This document shows positions 34,412 through 44,197 of a DNA stretch of 64,000 bases, piece after piece. Positions within the stretch are counted from its first letter, which is position 1, and every line of letters starts with the position of its first letter. Under the pieces are notes generated by a model. It ran no database searches. It was not told the origin of the DNA and worked only from the letters and a program-made list of their open reading frames with translations. The stretch is from Porphyridium purpureum (taxonomy: Eukaryota): NCBI GenBank assembly GCA_008690995.1, contig VRMN01000002.1:2294001-2358000 (forward strand). Direction: 5' to 3'. The position numbers and the translations under genes were made by a program.

Positions 34412-37400
34412 CTAGTCCTCAAACTCAATGCTCACATCCACCGACCCGCGGTGCAAAATGAGAGGCCGCATGTTGACGAGCAGAAATTTCAGCTCGTTCG
34501 CAAGCTGGTCCAGATTTGGGTAGTCCAGAAGCTTGACGACTTTGATGTCCGAGTTGGGCACTTTTCGACAGGCAACATGACCGGCAAACAGATCCGACAT
34601 GCTGTCGCCCAGTACGATGATGTTCATGTGTCGCTTCTTGTCATCGTGCTTGCGCATCTCTTCCAAAAAGGCCTCCACCTTCCAGCGCGTGGGCGAGTCT
34701 GGGAAGCGCTGCACAAACTTGCGCCGCGCGCTCACGAACGGAATGCGGTGCATCTCAAGATAATGCTTGAGGTTCGGCATAAACTTGGTGAGACTCAGAT
34801 TCAGCCACGCGGACGTCGAGTTGGTGATAAGCAGCACGACGCCAAAGCGCGCGGCCTCATCAAACAACCGGATCGCTAGGCGCTCAATGTCGAGAAGCCG
34901 CCGCTTCAGCGTACCGGACAACTGCTGTAGGTCAGCGCCCGGATTGCCAACAACCACGCCGGCGTTCTTCAGATACGAGGACGGTAGCAGAGTGTCGTCC
35001 CAGTCGAAGAATGTAATTGTTTCTCCTGAGTAAGGGGAGCGCACTGCGGTGGGTAGTCGCTGTAGCAGTTCGCTGCTGCTACCGTCAGCACCACTACGGC
35101 CCACGTCTACACTCCCGCGCGACCCGCTCCCGCCGCTGCTATTACTGCGTTGTGTCGCCATCAAAGTACCTGCCGTTGTTGACCCAGACAAGGCCGTTAC
35201 CGGTGTGCCATCCTGCTCTTGTTGAAGTTGCTGCTGCTGCTTCCGTATACGCTCCTTTTCGCGCTGCCGCTCTTCGAGTGCATCCAACGCGGTTGTCGAC
35301 TGGCTCGCCATGGTCGAGCGCGTCTGACGCAGCCTATCTGTATTCAGCTTGTCGCGCGAGCCTCGTAATGGTGGGGTGTGGTCGTCCACCGTAACACTCA
35401 CCGGCAGACGGAGCATGTCCGACGAAAAGTTGATGTGATGAGGACGCGCCACAGGAGATGATGAGGCCGTCCTCACCACAAGTGGTGTAGACGATGATGA
35501 AGTCGAGGCCGTGGCCGCAGCAGCGGCAGATGACGCGGGGACCCTCACGCCACATGGAGGTGTTGTCAATCCGGTTTCGGCCGTACCTCGGGCCGGGAGC
35601 TGGAAGTCGGTCTGCATCTCACCAGCGTCACTTTTGCGTGCCCTTGACGACGGGCTTTTGGACTTTCCAGCTGAGCCAGGCACATGCAGGACATCACTGG
35701 ACTCCAGACGTGCAAGAAACGAACTACTGTCAGTGCAGCAGCCGATCTGACGGCATGACGCTGAGCTCTGATCATCTGACCTCACCCGCTGGAGCGAAGA
35801 AGTCAGTCCTGCTGGCGACCGCGCTGACTTTGCGCGCTTGAGCGTTCGGAGGGAAGAGTCTGAGCGCGGATGGGCCATGGACTCGATTTGATCCGGTCGT
35901 GCTCCAACCTCATCATCCTCATCTTCATCATCGCCGAGAAAGTGGTCAAGCGGCTCGTGCGGATACGAAATCAGTCGATGAGCACGCGCGTCTGGGGCGT
36001 TGTTGCGCAGACGCACATTCTTGGCCTGGTGGCGGTCCAGTTCAGCGAGCACATGGTCACGCGCCAGACCGTCTCTTTCCTGCGCTGCATGATTCTTCAG
36101 TTCGTAGATGGTTGCTGCGCTCAACACATGATCCGGAAGCACGCAAGACATGCCTTCGTGCAAAAGGCGCTCTGCGCTAGCATCTTCGTGGCACGCCTCA
36201 ATTGAAGACGTTGCCTTATGAACCGAGTCATGATCCTGATTTCTCATGCCCTGCTCACCTTGAGCACCGCCACTTGCTGGCATCTTGTCGCTCAGCGATG
36301 GATCTTGATCAGCACTGCTGCCTAAGGTCAGGTGATGGACCAACCGGCTTGCCCCACTCTGTTCCCGGAGTCCAAGGGGGCTCCTTGGGATGCTTCTATC
36401 TCCACGTCTGATGGCATCATGCGTCGGCGTCCTTGCCGAATTTTGGCACGCTAGGCTTATTCTCCGTTGTCGAACTAAAAGGTGCTGGTCTTGTGCTTGC
36501 GTTTGCGCTTGCTGATGCGGTGTTACGGACGGTTGCTGTTGGTGTGCTCTTTGCTTCCCCTGGTTTCCGACCGGCGCGGTCAAGCCGTCATCTGGCAAGG
36601 TTGCCGCAACTCCAGAACTGGAGTCTGCCGAAACGTGTGTTTTCCCAGCACTGGAACGCTTACTGCCACTTTGTGCGTTCTTCAGCGTTGTCGAGCGAGA
36701 GAGTCGGCTCTGGACTTTGCGAAAGGACTGCTCAAGCGAAAATATTTCATCTCCGTCCGTGTTGCCCCTACGCAACGGCGCGCGCACTTGCAGCACCGGA
36801 CGACCCGTCACGCGCTCAAAAATAAAGCTGTACCCCTCCATCTCAAAGTTCTTGTCCAGCCGCGGCTCGGTGTTCATTCCGGTCCTGACGCTCTCGTCAG
36901 TCACGGGAACCACATCATGTGTAACCACCGTGGTGACGCTGCTGTTCATGCTCACGAGGTTATTGACACTGGGGTCCTCGGAGACGACGGCGCGAGAGGG
37001 ATGATTTGGCTCTGTCCTAGTCGACGGTGGAATCACAGTTATCATAGCGGAAGCGTCTGCAATATCTCGAGTCGAGCGCATCCGCGCCGACACCTGTGCC
37101 GGGCGCGAGAGGGGTGTCCCTGGGAAACCAGGACTCTCTACGGATGTGACCTGTACAATCTGCAGCGGTGCATGACTTGAGTTCATTACCACGCCGCCAC
37201 CCACCTCGTCGTTTTTGACTTTTCCGGAAAAGGAGCGAGCGGCGCTCATCGCTGATATCGCTTCGGGCGTCTCTGAACGCAGCTCAGGCGCTTTGCCCGA
37301 CTGTAATGTCGAAACCATGCCCGACGCGCCTGAGCTAAAATTCAGACCTTCCCGTTCGTCATTGGTACGAGCCTCACTTGTCCATGGCTCCAAACTCTCC

Positions 37401-38167
37401 CTCGGCGTGCTTGGCACGCTCAGTTCTGAACTTTTCGCATCTTCAACGTTCTTTTTCACCACGCTTACTGCCGCCGTGAGCCGCTTCATCGGGGTTTGTG
37501 CCAGCTGTTGGGGTATTGTTGGGTGTTTTGTCGATCCATCACCGCCATCATGATGCCAAAGCCGAGATTGCGAGCGAGACAGTTCACCGTGAGAGTCTTC
37601 ATCGTGCTGTCGGGGCGGCATGGAGTAGCCCAAATCACCGCAACTACCAGCACCGCTGATTCTCACCGAATTAGGAGAGGACATGGAGTGAGCCCGGCCA
37701 CCGAAAAACATGCTTTCCCGCTCCGCGTGCGACCAGCACCAGCTTCCGCCGCGCGGTGGGCTCGAGCTCTCAAATACATGGATGACCTGCGATGCTGAAC
37801 CAGATACGGGCACTTCACACTGCTCCACCCGTACCGGTGATGAATAACTTACTGAAAGCGGACTCGAATGCGAGTCGTTACGCACGGTGTGTGTTTTCCC
37901 ATGAGCGCTAGACAGCTCCATGCCGCCGAGCGCAACTTCAAGCTGCAGCTCGTTGTCGTCGTCCTGCTCGTCCTCCTCCTCCCTTTCCTCGACCGAGAGC
38001 GCTGCCACCGCGGTCGCGTCGTGCGGTTCTGCCCTTGGCGGTGTCCGCGGCCCAGCTACGCCACCGGACGTGGGCGCGGTGGCCGGAGGCGCGCGCAACG
38101 CTGCTGCGCTCTCAGCCATGTGTAATAGTTGCACTTCTTGCGGGCTCCTAATTTGCACGAGCGGCAT
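34412..38167 (-). CDS. Long disordered protein with C-terminal HAD-superfamily domain
   Basis: HAD motif I FFDWDDTLLPS; LITNS; WKVEAF; LGDSMSDL. Preceded by >1000 aa of Ser-rich disorder. Confidence 0.8.
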   Translation of the reverse strand: MPLVQIRSPQEVQLLHMAESAAALRAPPATAPTSGGVAGPRTPPRAEPHDATAVAALSVEEREEEDEQDDDNELQLEVALGGMELSSAHGKTHTVRNDSHSSPLSVSYSSPVRVEQCEVPVSGSASQVIHVFESSSPPRGGSWCWSHAERESMFFGGRAHSMSSPNSVRISGAGSCGDLGYSMPPRQHDEDSHGELSRSQSRLWHHDGGDGSTKHPTIPQQLAQTPMKRLTAAVSVVKKNVEDAKSSELSVPSTPRESLEPWTSEARTNDEREGLNFSSGASGMVSTLQSGKAPELRSETPEAISAMSAARSFSGKVKNDEVGGGVVMNSSHAPLQIVQVTSVESPGFPGTPLSRPAQVSARMRSTRDIADASAMITVIPPSTRTEPNHPSRAVVSEDPSVNNLVSMNSSVTTVVTHDVVPVTDESVRTGMNTEPRLDKNFEMEGYSFIFERVTGRPVLQVRAPLRRGNTDGDEIFSLEQSFRKVQSRLSRSTTLKNAQSGSKRSSAGKTHVSADSSSGVAATLPDDGLTAPVGNQGKQRAHQQQPSVTPHQQAQTQAQDQHLLVRQRRISLACQNSARTPTHDAIRRGDRSIPRSPLGLREQSGASRLVHHLTLGSSADQDPSLSDKMPASGGAQGEQGMRNQDHDSVHKATSSIEACHEDASAERLLHEGMSCVLPDHVLSAATIYELKNHAAQERDGLARDHVLAELDRHQAKNVRLRNNAPDARAHRLISYPHEPLDHFLGDDEDEDDEVGARPDQIESMAHPRSDSSLRTLKRAKSARSPAGLTSSLQRVRSDDQSSASCRQIGCCTDSSSFLARLESSDVLHVPGSAGKSKSPSSRARKSDAGEMQTDFQLPARGTAETGLTTPPCGVRVPASSAAAAATASTSSSSTPLVVRTASSSPVARPHHINFSSDMLRLPVSVTVDDHTPPLRGSRDKLNTDRLRQTRSTMASQSTTALDALEERQREKERIRKQQQQLQQEQDGTPVTALSGSTTAGTLMATQRSNSSGGSGSRGSVDVGRSGADGSSSELLQRLPTAVRSPYSGETITFFDWDDTLLPSSYLKNAGVVVGNPGADLQQLSGTLKRRLLDIERLAIRLFDEAARFGVVLLITNSTSAWLNLSLTKFMPNLKHYLEMHRIPFVSARRKFVQRFPDSPTRWKVEAFLEEMRKHDDKKRHMNIIVLGDSMSDLFAGHVACRKVPNSDIKVVKLLDYPNLDQLANELKFLLVNMRPLILHRGSVDVSIEFED

Positions 38168-39123
38168 CTCTAGCGCCCGCTGTGCAAGCGTTTGCCTGTC
38201 GCAGCGCCGCTTTCTCCGCACGCCCAAATGAACGGAGCGCCTTGTGCGAAGGCTTTCAAACCGGCGCTCGAGATTCCACGTCTCTTTCACCTTCGCGTCC
38301 AGCTATTCCGGCCACAACAGCGCCGAGCGCGACTACAGACGTAGGCCGCCGCTGTTGAGCACGCTAACGCAGACGCACACGCCGCTTGCCGCTCGCATCG
38401 TTGCTTCGTGCGTGCCCGCGCGCGCTCCTGCGGCAGTCCCAGAGACGCCGACGTCGTTCTGCACCAAGCGCAACTCCAATGCCCAACCTTGCCTCTTGTT
38501 TCTCCCCCCAACGTAGCCTCCTCCTCCTTGCGCCGCTGCACGAACCCACTCTCTCCCACACCCTGCTGCTGGTCCCCCTCCCTCCGACGCGCTCCCAACC
38601 GCTTCCCCGAGGGGTACAGCGCGTGCGCGCGTAGGGTACAGCGCGAGTGCCAGCGTCCCGCGAGAGCCAAAATCTGCCGCGCACTGTACACTATACAAAC
38701 GACCCCGTTTGGGTGGGTGTGCGGGGGTACACGTGGTGGAATTAGGAACGCGCGTGCGTTCTAATCGGGAGGGAGGGGGAGAAGGGAGCGGAAGGGGAAA
38801 GGGATCAGCGAGAGAGGGGGAGAGAAGGGGAGAGAGAGACAGAGGTTTGGCGTGCTGCGTATGCATGAGGTGAGGGGGCATACACGCTCACGCTCACGAG
38901 CATATGCATGTTGTGGAAAGCACATAAGCGCATAAGCACGAAAGCGCATCGGCATAAAGGGTGTGCACGCGCAGGAGGTGGGGAACGGTGGGTGGAACCG
39001 GAGTGTTGGTGTGTTTGTGCACGCGCGGGGCTTGCGTGTGTGTATGTGGGGATCGGGCGCGGGTCGACGAGGCGCACATCGCGCGAGCAGGGTTGGTTTC
39101 TGGTGCGGTAGGGTAAGCGCGCG

Positions 39124-41439
39124 ATGGCGGGCGCGGTGCACTTCAAGTTCAAGTCGGCAAAGGACTACGACACGGTCCAGTTTGGAGGCGAGGCGATCCG
39201 GACCGGCGATCTCAAGCTGGCCATCTTTGAGCAGAAGCGGCTGGCGTTCGGGGAGGGCTTTGATCTCCAGATCAGGGACGCGCAGACGGGCGAGGAGTAC
39301 TCAGACGAGGCACAGCTCATTCCTCGCAATGCGTCGGTCGTCGTGAGCCGCGTGCCGGGCCTTCGCCCGGGCGGCATCCTGTCCCAGCAACTCATGGCGA
39401 AGAAGAACGAGCGATTTGCCGAGGCGGCCATCACGGGGTCCCAGCACACGTCTGGTGCACTCGCCGCGATGGCCGCCGCCGCTGCGGCGGCTGGACACGG
39501 AACGGGACCGCCAGCATCGATGTCGGCGTTTCATGGCGCTGCGCCTGCTGCTGCTAATGCATTGCAGAACAGTGCTTCCGGCGACACTGGCGCCGACCCA
39601 AATGAAGAAGAAGGGTCGCGCATCGACTCATTGATAGGTAGCGCAGGGCAGGGCTATGATCGGAGCACATATGCGCCTCTGCGCGGCGGCATGCGCGGCG
39701 GGTTCGTGGGTATGGGCGGTCGTGGCGGCGCGAACATTCCTGCCGACCGCCCGCCGCAGCCCGGGCCCATGTACTTGTGCCACCGCTGCCAGAAGGGCGG
39801 CCACTGGATTGACCAGTGCCCAACGAATGGGGACAAGGCCTTTGACAAGATCCGCGTGCGCCGCCCAACCGGCATTCCGTCCAGCATGCTGGCTGCTGTC
39901 GAAGCACCTGCAGTGGGTGTCGGGTTGCAGACGAGCTCGGGTGAGTTCGTAGCGCTCAAGCCCAATGAGGACGAGTTTACGCGTCAGACTGCCGCGCTTC
40001 GCAAGGCTCGGCTAGCCAAGAAGCAACAGCAAGCCCGTCTCGCGGCGGGGTTGCCTGCCGAGGCACCTGGAACGCCTGAACAAGCTGAAGAGACGGGTGA
40101 TGCGCAGCAAGTAAGTGACGGCACCAACCCAGGCGCAAACAGTAACGCTAATCATGAAATTGCCTATGAAAATAACGTGAACACTAGTGTTGTTGCTAAT
40201 GATGAAATACAGCAGCATCGGCAAACCCAACCGGAACACCTTGACCAGCAGAAGCAGCCGCAGCAACAGCCACAGCTGCTGCACGAGAGTAGCGCGACTC
40301 GTGAAAAGACCAACACTCCTAGTGTGCACATAGGGTCTGGCTCTGGACCAGAGCCAGGTGTGATCCGGGCGGGGCTTGTCGGAGAGGCTGCTCCTCCGGA
40401 AGCAGCGAATGCAGGCACAACGAACATCGGGCAGACGCCGGGCGGTGTCCGAGCGCCACCGCTTCCGCAGTCTCGACCACAGCATCAACCTTCATTCCCC
40501 GTGATGCCGACGGGCTTTGTACCTCCATCGGGAATGATGCAGCCGGGAATGCCTCCATTTATGCCCGGGATGCCAGGAATGCCCATGCCACCCCGCGGGG
40601 GTATGCCGATGCCGCCGATGGGCTTTCCCATGATGAACATGAATCCGCAAATGATGATGGCAATGATGCAACAAATGCAGAGGCAGCAGCAGCTTCAACA
40701 GCAGCAGCAGCAGCAGCAGCAGCAACAGCAACATCAGCAGCCAAACCCGAACGGCGGCGATGCGAGCATGGTGCCGGTGCCCACCAAGGGATTGAAAGGG
40801 TCGGATGCTTCATTAAAGTCTGAAGATTATCACAGAGGCGGGAATGGTGGCAGTCGAAGTGGTGCAAGTCGCAGCAGTCGTGGCAGTGGAGGCGACGAAA
40901 GTCATAGTGAGTACAGGAGCCGTGGCACATCGGAGCGCTCGAGGTCTCCTCGTCGATCCTGGCGACACCTTGAAGACAACGAGAGCGCGGGCAAACGCAG
41001 TCCACTTGCGTCCAGTTCGCGTGCAGACCGTGATGATGCGAGAGACTCATTCCACTCGGACTCGGTCGAAAAGCAGACTGCATCTAACGGAGCCAGCTTG
41101 GGCTGCAATCGCACTGACGCTCGAGACGCAGGAAAGGAGGATTTGCGTGCTCGGATCGCGCGGCAGCGTGCTGGCCGCACTTCGCGAGGCGACGTCTTAA
41201 CCAAGGAGAACGGCGCCAGTGACAGCCATTCTGAGCGAAGGCCTCGAGATGGCCGTGATTCTGATTTCGACCGAGAACGCAAGCAATCGAACAAGCGGTC
41301 CAGATTCGAGCGCGAACATGACGGTCAGCGCGAGAGCGCATCAACACGGGCCGGAGGCAGCGTCCATGATCGGCTTGGTTCACGCGAGAACGCCAGCGAC
41401 AGCAAGAAAAAAAAGTCACGCTCTCGCCGCAATCGCTAG
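39124..41439 (+). CDS. RBBP6/Mpe1-like mRNA 3'-processing factor (DWNN + zinc knuckle)
   Basis: DWNN domain VHFKFKSAKDYDTVQF...LIPRNASVVVSRVP; knuckle CHRCQKGGHWIDQCPTNGD; TGIP; Pro/Met-rich, poly-Q and RS-rich tail. Confidence 0.92.
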   Translation: MAGAVHFKFKSAKDYDTVQFGGEAIRTGDLKLAIFEQKRLAFGEGFDLQIRDAQTGEEYSDEAQLIPRNASVVVSRVPGLRPGGILSQQLMAKKNERFAEAAITGSQHTSGALAAMAAAAAAAGHGTGPPASMSAFHGAAPAAANALQNSASGDTGADPNEEEGSRIDSLIGSAGQGYDRSTYAPLRGGMRGGFVGMGGRGGANIPADRPPQPGPMYLCHRCQKGGHWIDQCPTNGDKAFDKIRVRRPTGIPSSMLAAVEAPAVGVGLQTSSGEFVALKPNEDEFTRQTAALRKARLAKKQQQARLAAGLPAEAPGTPEQAEETGDAQQVSDGTNPGANSNANHEIAYENNVNTSVVANDEIQQHRQTQPEHLDQQKQPQQQPQLLHESSATREKTNTPSVHIGSGSGPEPGVIRAGLVGEAAPPEAANAGTTNIGQTPGGVRAPPLPQSRPQHQPSFPVMPTGFVPPSGMMQPGMPPFMPGMPGMPMPPRGGMPMPPMGFPMMNMNPQMMMAMMQQMQRQQQLQQQQQQQQQQQQHQQPNPNGGDASMVPVPTKGLKGSDASLKSEDYHRGGNGGSRSGASRSSRGSGGDESHSEYRSRGTSERSRSPRRSWRHLEDNESAGKRSPLASSSRADRDDARDSFHSDSVEKQTASNGASLGCNRTDARDAGKEDLRARIARQRAGRTSRGDVLTKENGASDSHSERRPRDGRDSDFDRERKQSNKRSRFEREHDGQRESASTRAGGSVHDRLGSRENASDSKKKKSRSRRNR

Positions 41440-42289
41440 TGAAATGTGTGCAGGCGCGTTTAGAATTCATCGATGCTCCGCAATCAGCACATGCATGGCT
41501 GCTGCGGCCGTAAACACGCGACGCGACCTGCTTTGCCGACTCGACGCATGCGTGAAAGGACGCCACATTTGAAACATCTCGGCACGAGGTGCACTATAAG
41601 ATGCATTGTCCATGCGATTTGCGACCATGCGACAGACGGGTGTTCGCGTGAGCATTGCATTCGCGAGCCGAGACTGGCACAACTATCCTTGCGCATGCCA
41701 ATCCAATCCAGCGGAAGGCGGGCGACGCAATGTACCCGGGATGTCAGAAACATAACACGAAGCAGGTCCGTTTCGTGGCGCACTGTAATGTGGCACCCCC
41801 ACAAAAAAAAATGGAATTCAGCGAACATTTGACTTTTCCTTGATTGTTTTTCGTTTCTTTCCTTTGTTGGGCACATGAGAGATGCCAGCTATACCTGTGC
41901 ACATCTCACTGTTCAAATAGGGTCTCAATCATGAGAGACTTGTTTGCTTCGAGTAAACTTAATGTACGATGCAACATCGACCAAGTTTCCTCCTTCCACG
42001 CTGATGGCTAAACTGCCGTGCGGCGTCCGCGTCGCTCTTCACCTCATACCACGCGTACAAGTCAGCGACTGTCGCCAACCCCACGGCTTTGGGCACCGCT
42101 TGATCACTTTCACAACGGCTGACTTTGTTCGCTTTGCCTGTAGACCTCAACCACACCGCGCACACCGCCATGCCCTGGCCCAATGCAGCGATGCCGTCGC
42201 GCGCGCCCACTAGAAAATGTGTCCCGTGGGCAATTCCGGCCCGACAGAGATCATATTGATTTGCACGCAATTCCCCATTCTTCTTCCCC

Positions 42290-43621
42290 TTACTGTTTCC
42301 ACCTGGTTGGATGACTGAGACCCCAGAAGACCTCGACACGCTTTGCGCACCTGTCCGGTGCCTTGGGATCTAGCAATGCGGCAGAGGCGCTGGTGTCCAA
42401 CGCACACAAGTATTGGTCGAGTGCTTCCCTCCGATCGCGCTTGTCAGGTCCCAGGCGCGTGGTCTGCGTGAGAATATCTGCAAGTGGCAGCAGCTCCGGA
42501 CCGCGAGAGAGCCGCAAACACTCCTGAACGTACTGGGAAATGCGATTCGCGTGCAGAGTGTAGCACAAGTCAATCGTCCAATACATGACAGAGCGCGCTT
42601 CCTCGAACTCGCCCGCGCTGATCAATATTGCCGCCAGCGCATTTACCGCATCACTTGTTGGGACAATTTCGTGCTCGCGGTACTTTGCAATGATCCATCG
42701 CGCCTCGTGCGCCCGATCCAAACTATTCTTAAGCCGGGAACAGACCAACAGCCCGCATTGGAGCAAGTCAGCGTCTGGCTTGACGCGAGAGCTTAAAGGT
42801 TCCCCATGCAACATCGTCCACACCTTCTGGGCGCCCGATGAATTGTCATTCCGTAAAAGATCAGTCAAAACGCTCGCAAAGATTTTCGCATCTGGCACGT
42901 CATGAAGGCGCGTCATCTCGAGGATGGCTTTCTCCACCAGCTCCGCGCGATTGCAAATTCCAAAGTGACGAATAAGGCCCATGCAAACAAAGTCAGATAA
43001 CGCATGCCCTCGCGTTTGAATCAGATTCTTGAGTGCCAAGACTGCGTTCACGCTTCGGCGCGCCCTTGCGATCGGAAGAAATTGTGCGAGCGAGAAGGAA
43101 TCAAGCGCGACGCCCTGTTTGCGGGTCTTTTGAATCATACTTATCGCGAATTCGAATCGCTGCCGCGCATCAACGTCTGGCGCGCTCCTGGCGAGACGCA
43201 GAAGAAAATCAAGCGTCCATCGGTCGAATCGCACGGCGTGGGTCTCTGCGAGTATGCGCCTCACGCCTACGATGCCCATTTGCTTTTCCAGAGCATCCTT
43301 CAACGCATCGTTGAGCTCTTGCGTGGCCGGGGGACGTTTCAAGCTACGTCTCGCATCACGCTTTGGAAGGGGCTCGAAAAGGCAGGATTCATCATTGTCA
43401 AAATCGGTCGAAATCGAACTCGCATGGCGCCCAACCATTCCTTGAGGTGGCGCTAGCTTTTTCCACACGCGCGCACTCTTCCCCTCCGCCTGTACCCGAT
43501 TGCAGGGAAGCGCCAGACACGCCCCGTCAACCGGCACAAGAAAGTCATTCGTCCGAGCGCTCTGGATTCGCAAGTTTCGAGCCAGGGCACCGGTCAAGCG
43601 CCCTGCGCGTTCCGCCACCAT
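42290..43621 (-). CDS. PPR-like helical-repeat organellar protein (paralog of 44198-46399; C-terminus possibly truncated)
   Basis: PPR-like spacing (PDAKIFASVL, IVPTSDAVNAL) and clear similarity to the neighbouring ORF. Confidence 0.7.
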   Translation of the reverse strand: MVAERAGRLTGALARNLRIQSARTNDFLVPVDGACLALPCNRVQAEGKSARVWKKLAPPQGMVGRHASSISTDFDNDESCLFEPLPKRDARRSLKRPPATQELNDALKDALEKQMGIVGVRRILAETHAVRFDRWTLDFLLRLARSAPDVDARQRFEFAISMIQKTRKQGVALDSFSLAQFLPIARARRSVNAVLALKNLIQTRGHALSDFVCMGLIRHFGICNRAELVEKAILEMTRLHDVPDAKIFASVLTDLLRNDNSSGAQKVWTMLHGEPLSSRVKPDADLLQCGLLVCSRLKNSLDRAHEARWIIAKYREHEIVPTSDAVNALAAILISAGEFEEARSVMYWTIDLCYTLHANRISQYVQECLRLSRGPELLPLADILTQTTRLGPDKRDRREALDQYLCALDTSASAALLDPKAPDRCAKRVEVFWGLSHPTRWKQ

Positions 43622-44197
43622 ACTCTGCTCCTTCCCGGCGCAGCAGGAGGGGAAGTCTCGTGTCGGCAATGAAACTTGAGTCAGCCACTCAGCATGCCTG
43701 ACCGCTAAATGGTTAGCTGCGTGTCACTGCGGCGTGACGCGTTCTAGAGCCAATCATTCGAGCGCATTGGCAAGAAGGCTTGGCAGCTTTATCATGACCC
43801 ACCCATCTTTGCAGATCATGGAATCGTCAGAGACCAGAGCACGCGGAAGGCAGGTCTGTTTGGTGACACAGGTAAAGAAGGGGGAATGAACAGTATGGCG
43901 TTACCGTTTCCATGGTTTGTCTCGTTTAGCATGTTGCTACAATGTCGAGAGCACGCATAACTGGAGCTCATGAGAGGCGTGCACAGCAGCAGCATTCGAA
44001 GCAAGTGAATTTTTGCGGAATCGAATGCAACGATGCCGATCGCGTCTGAGTCCGCGAGCCGCTGAAGGCTCGAACGGACACACAGATATGAACTCGTGTT
44101 CCAACAGATGCACCCACCGATCGAGACACAGGCTTGTTCGGCGGCTTCCAGCGGCTGGTACCGGGAATGTAAAGTAAAAAAAGCATTCACACATACT

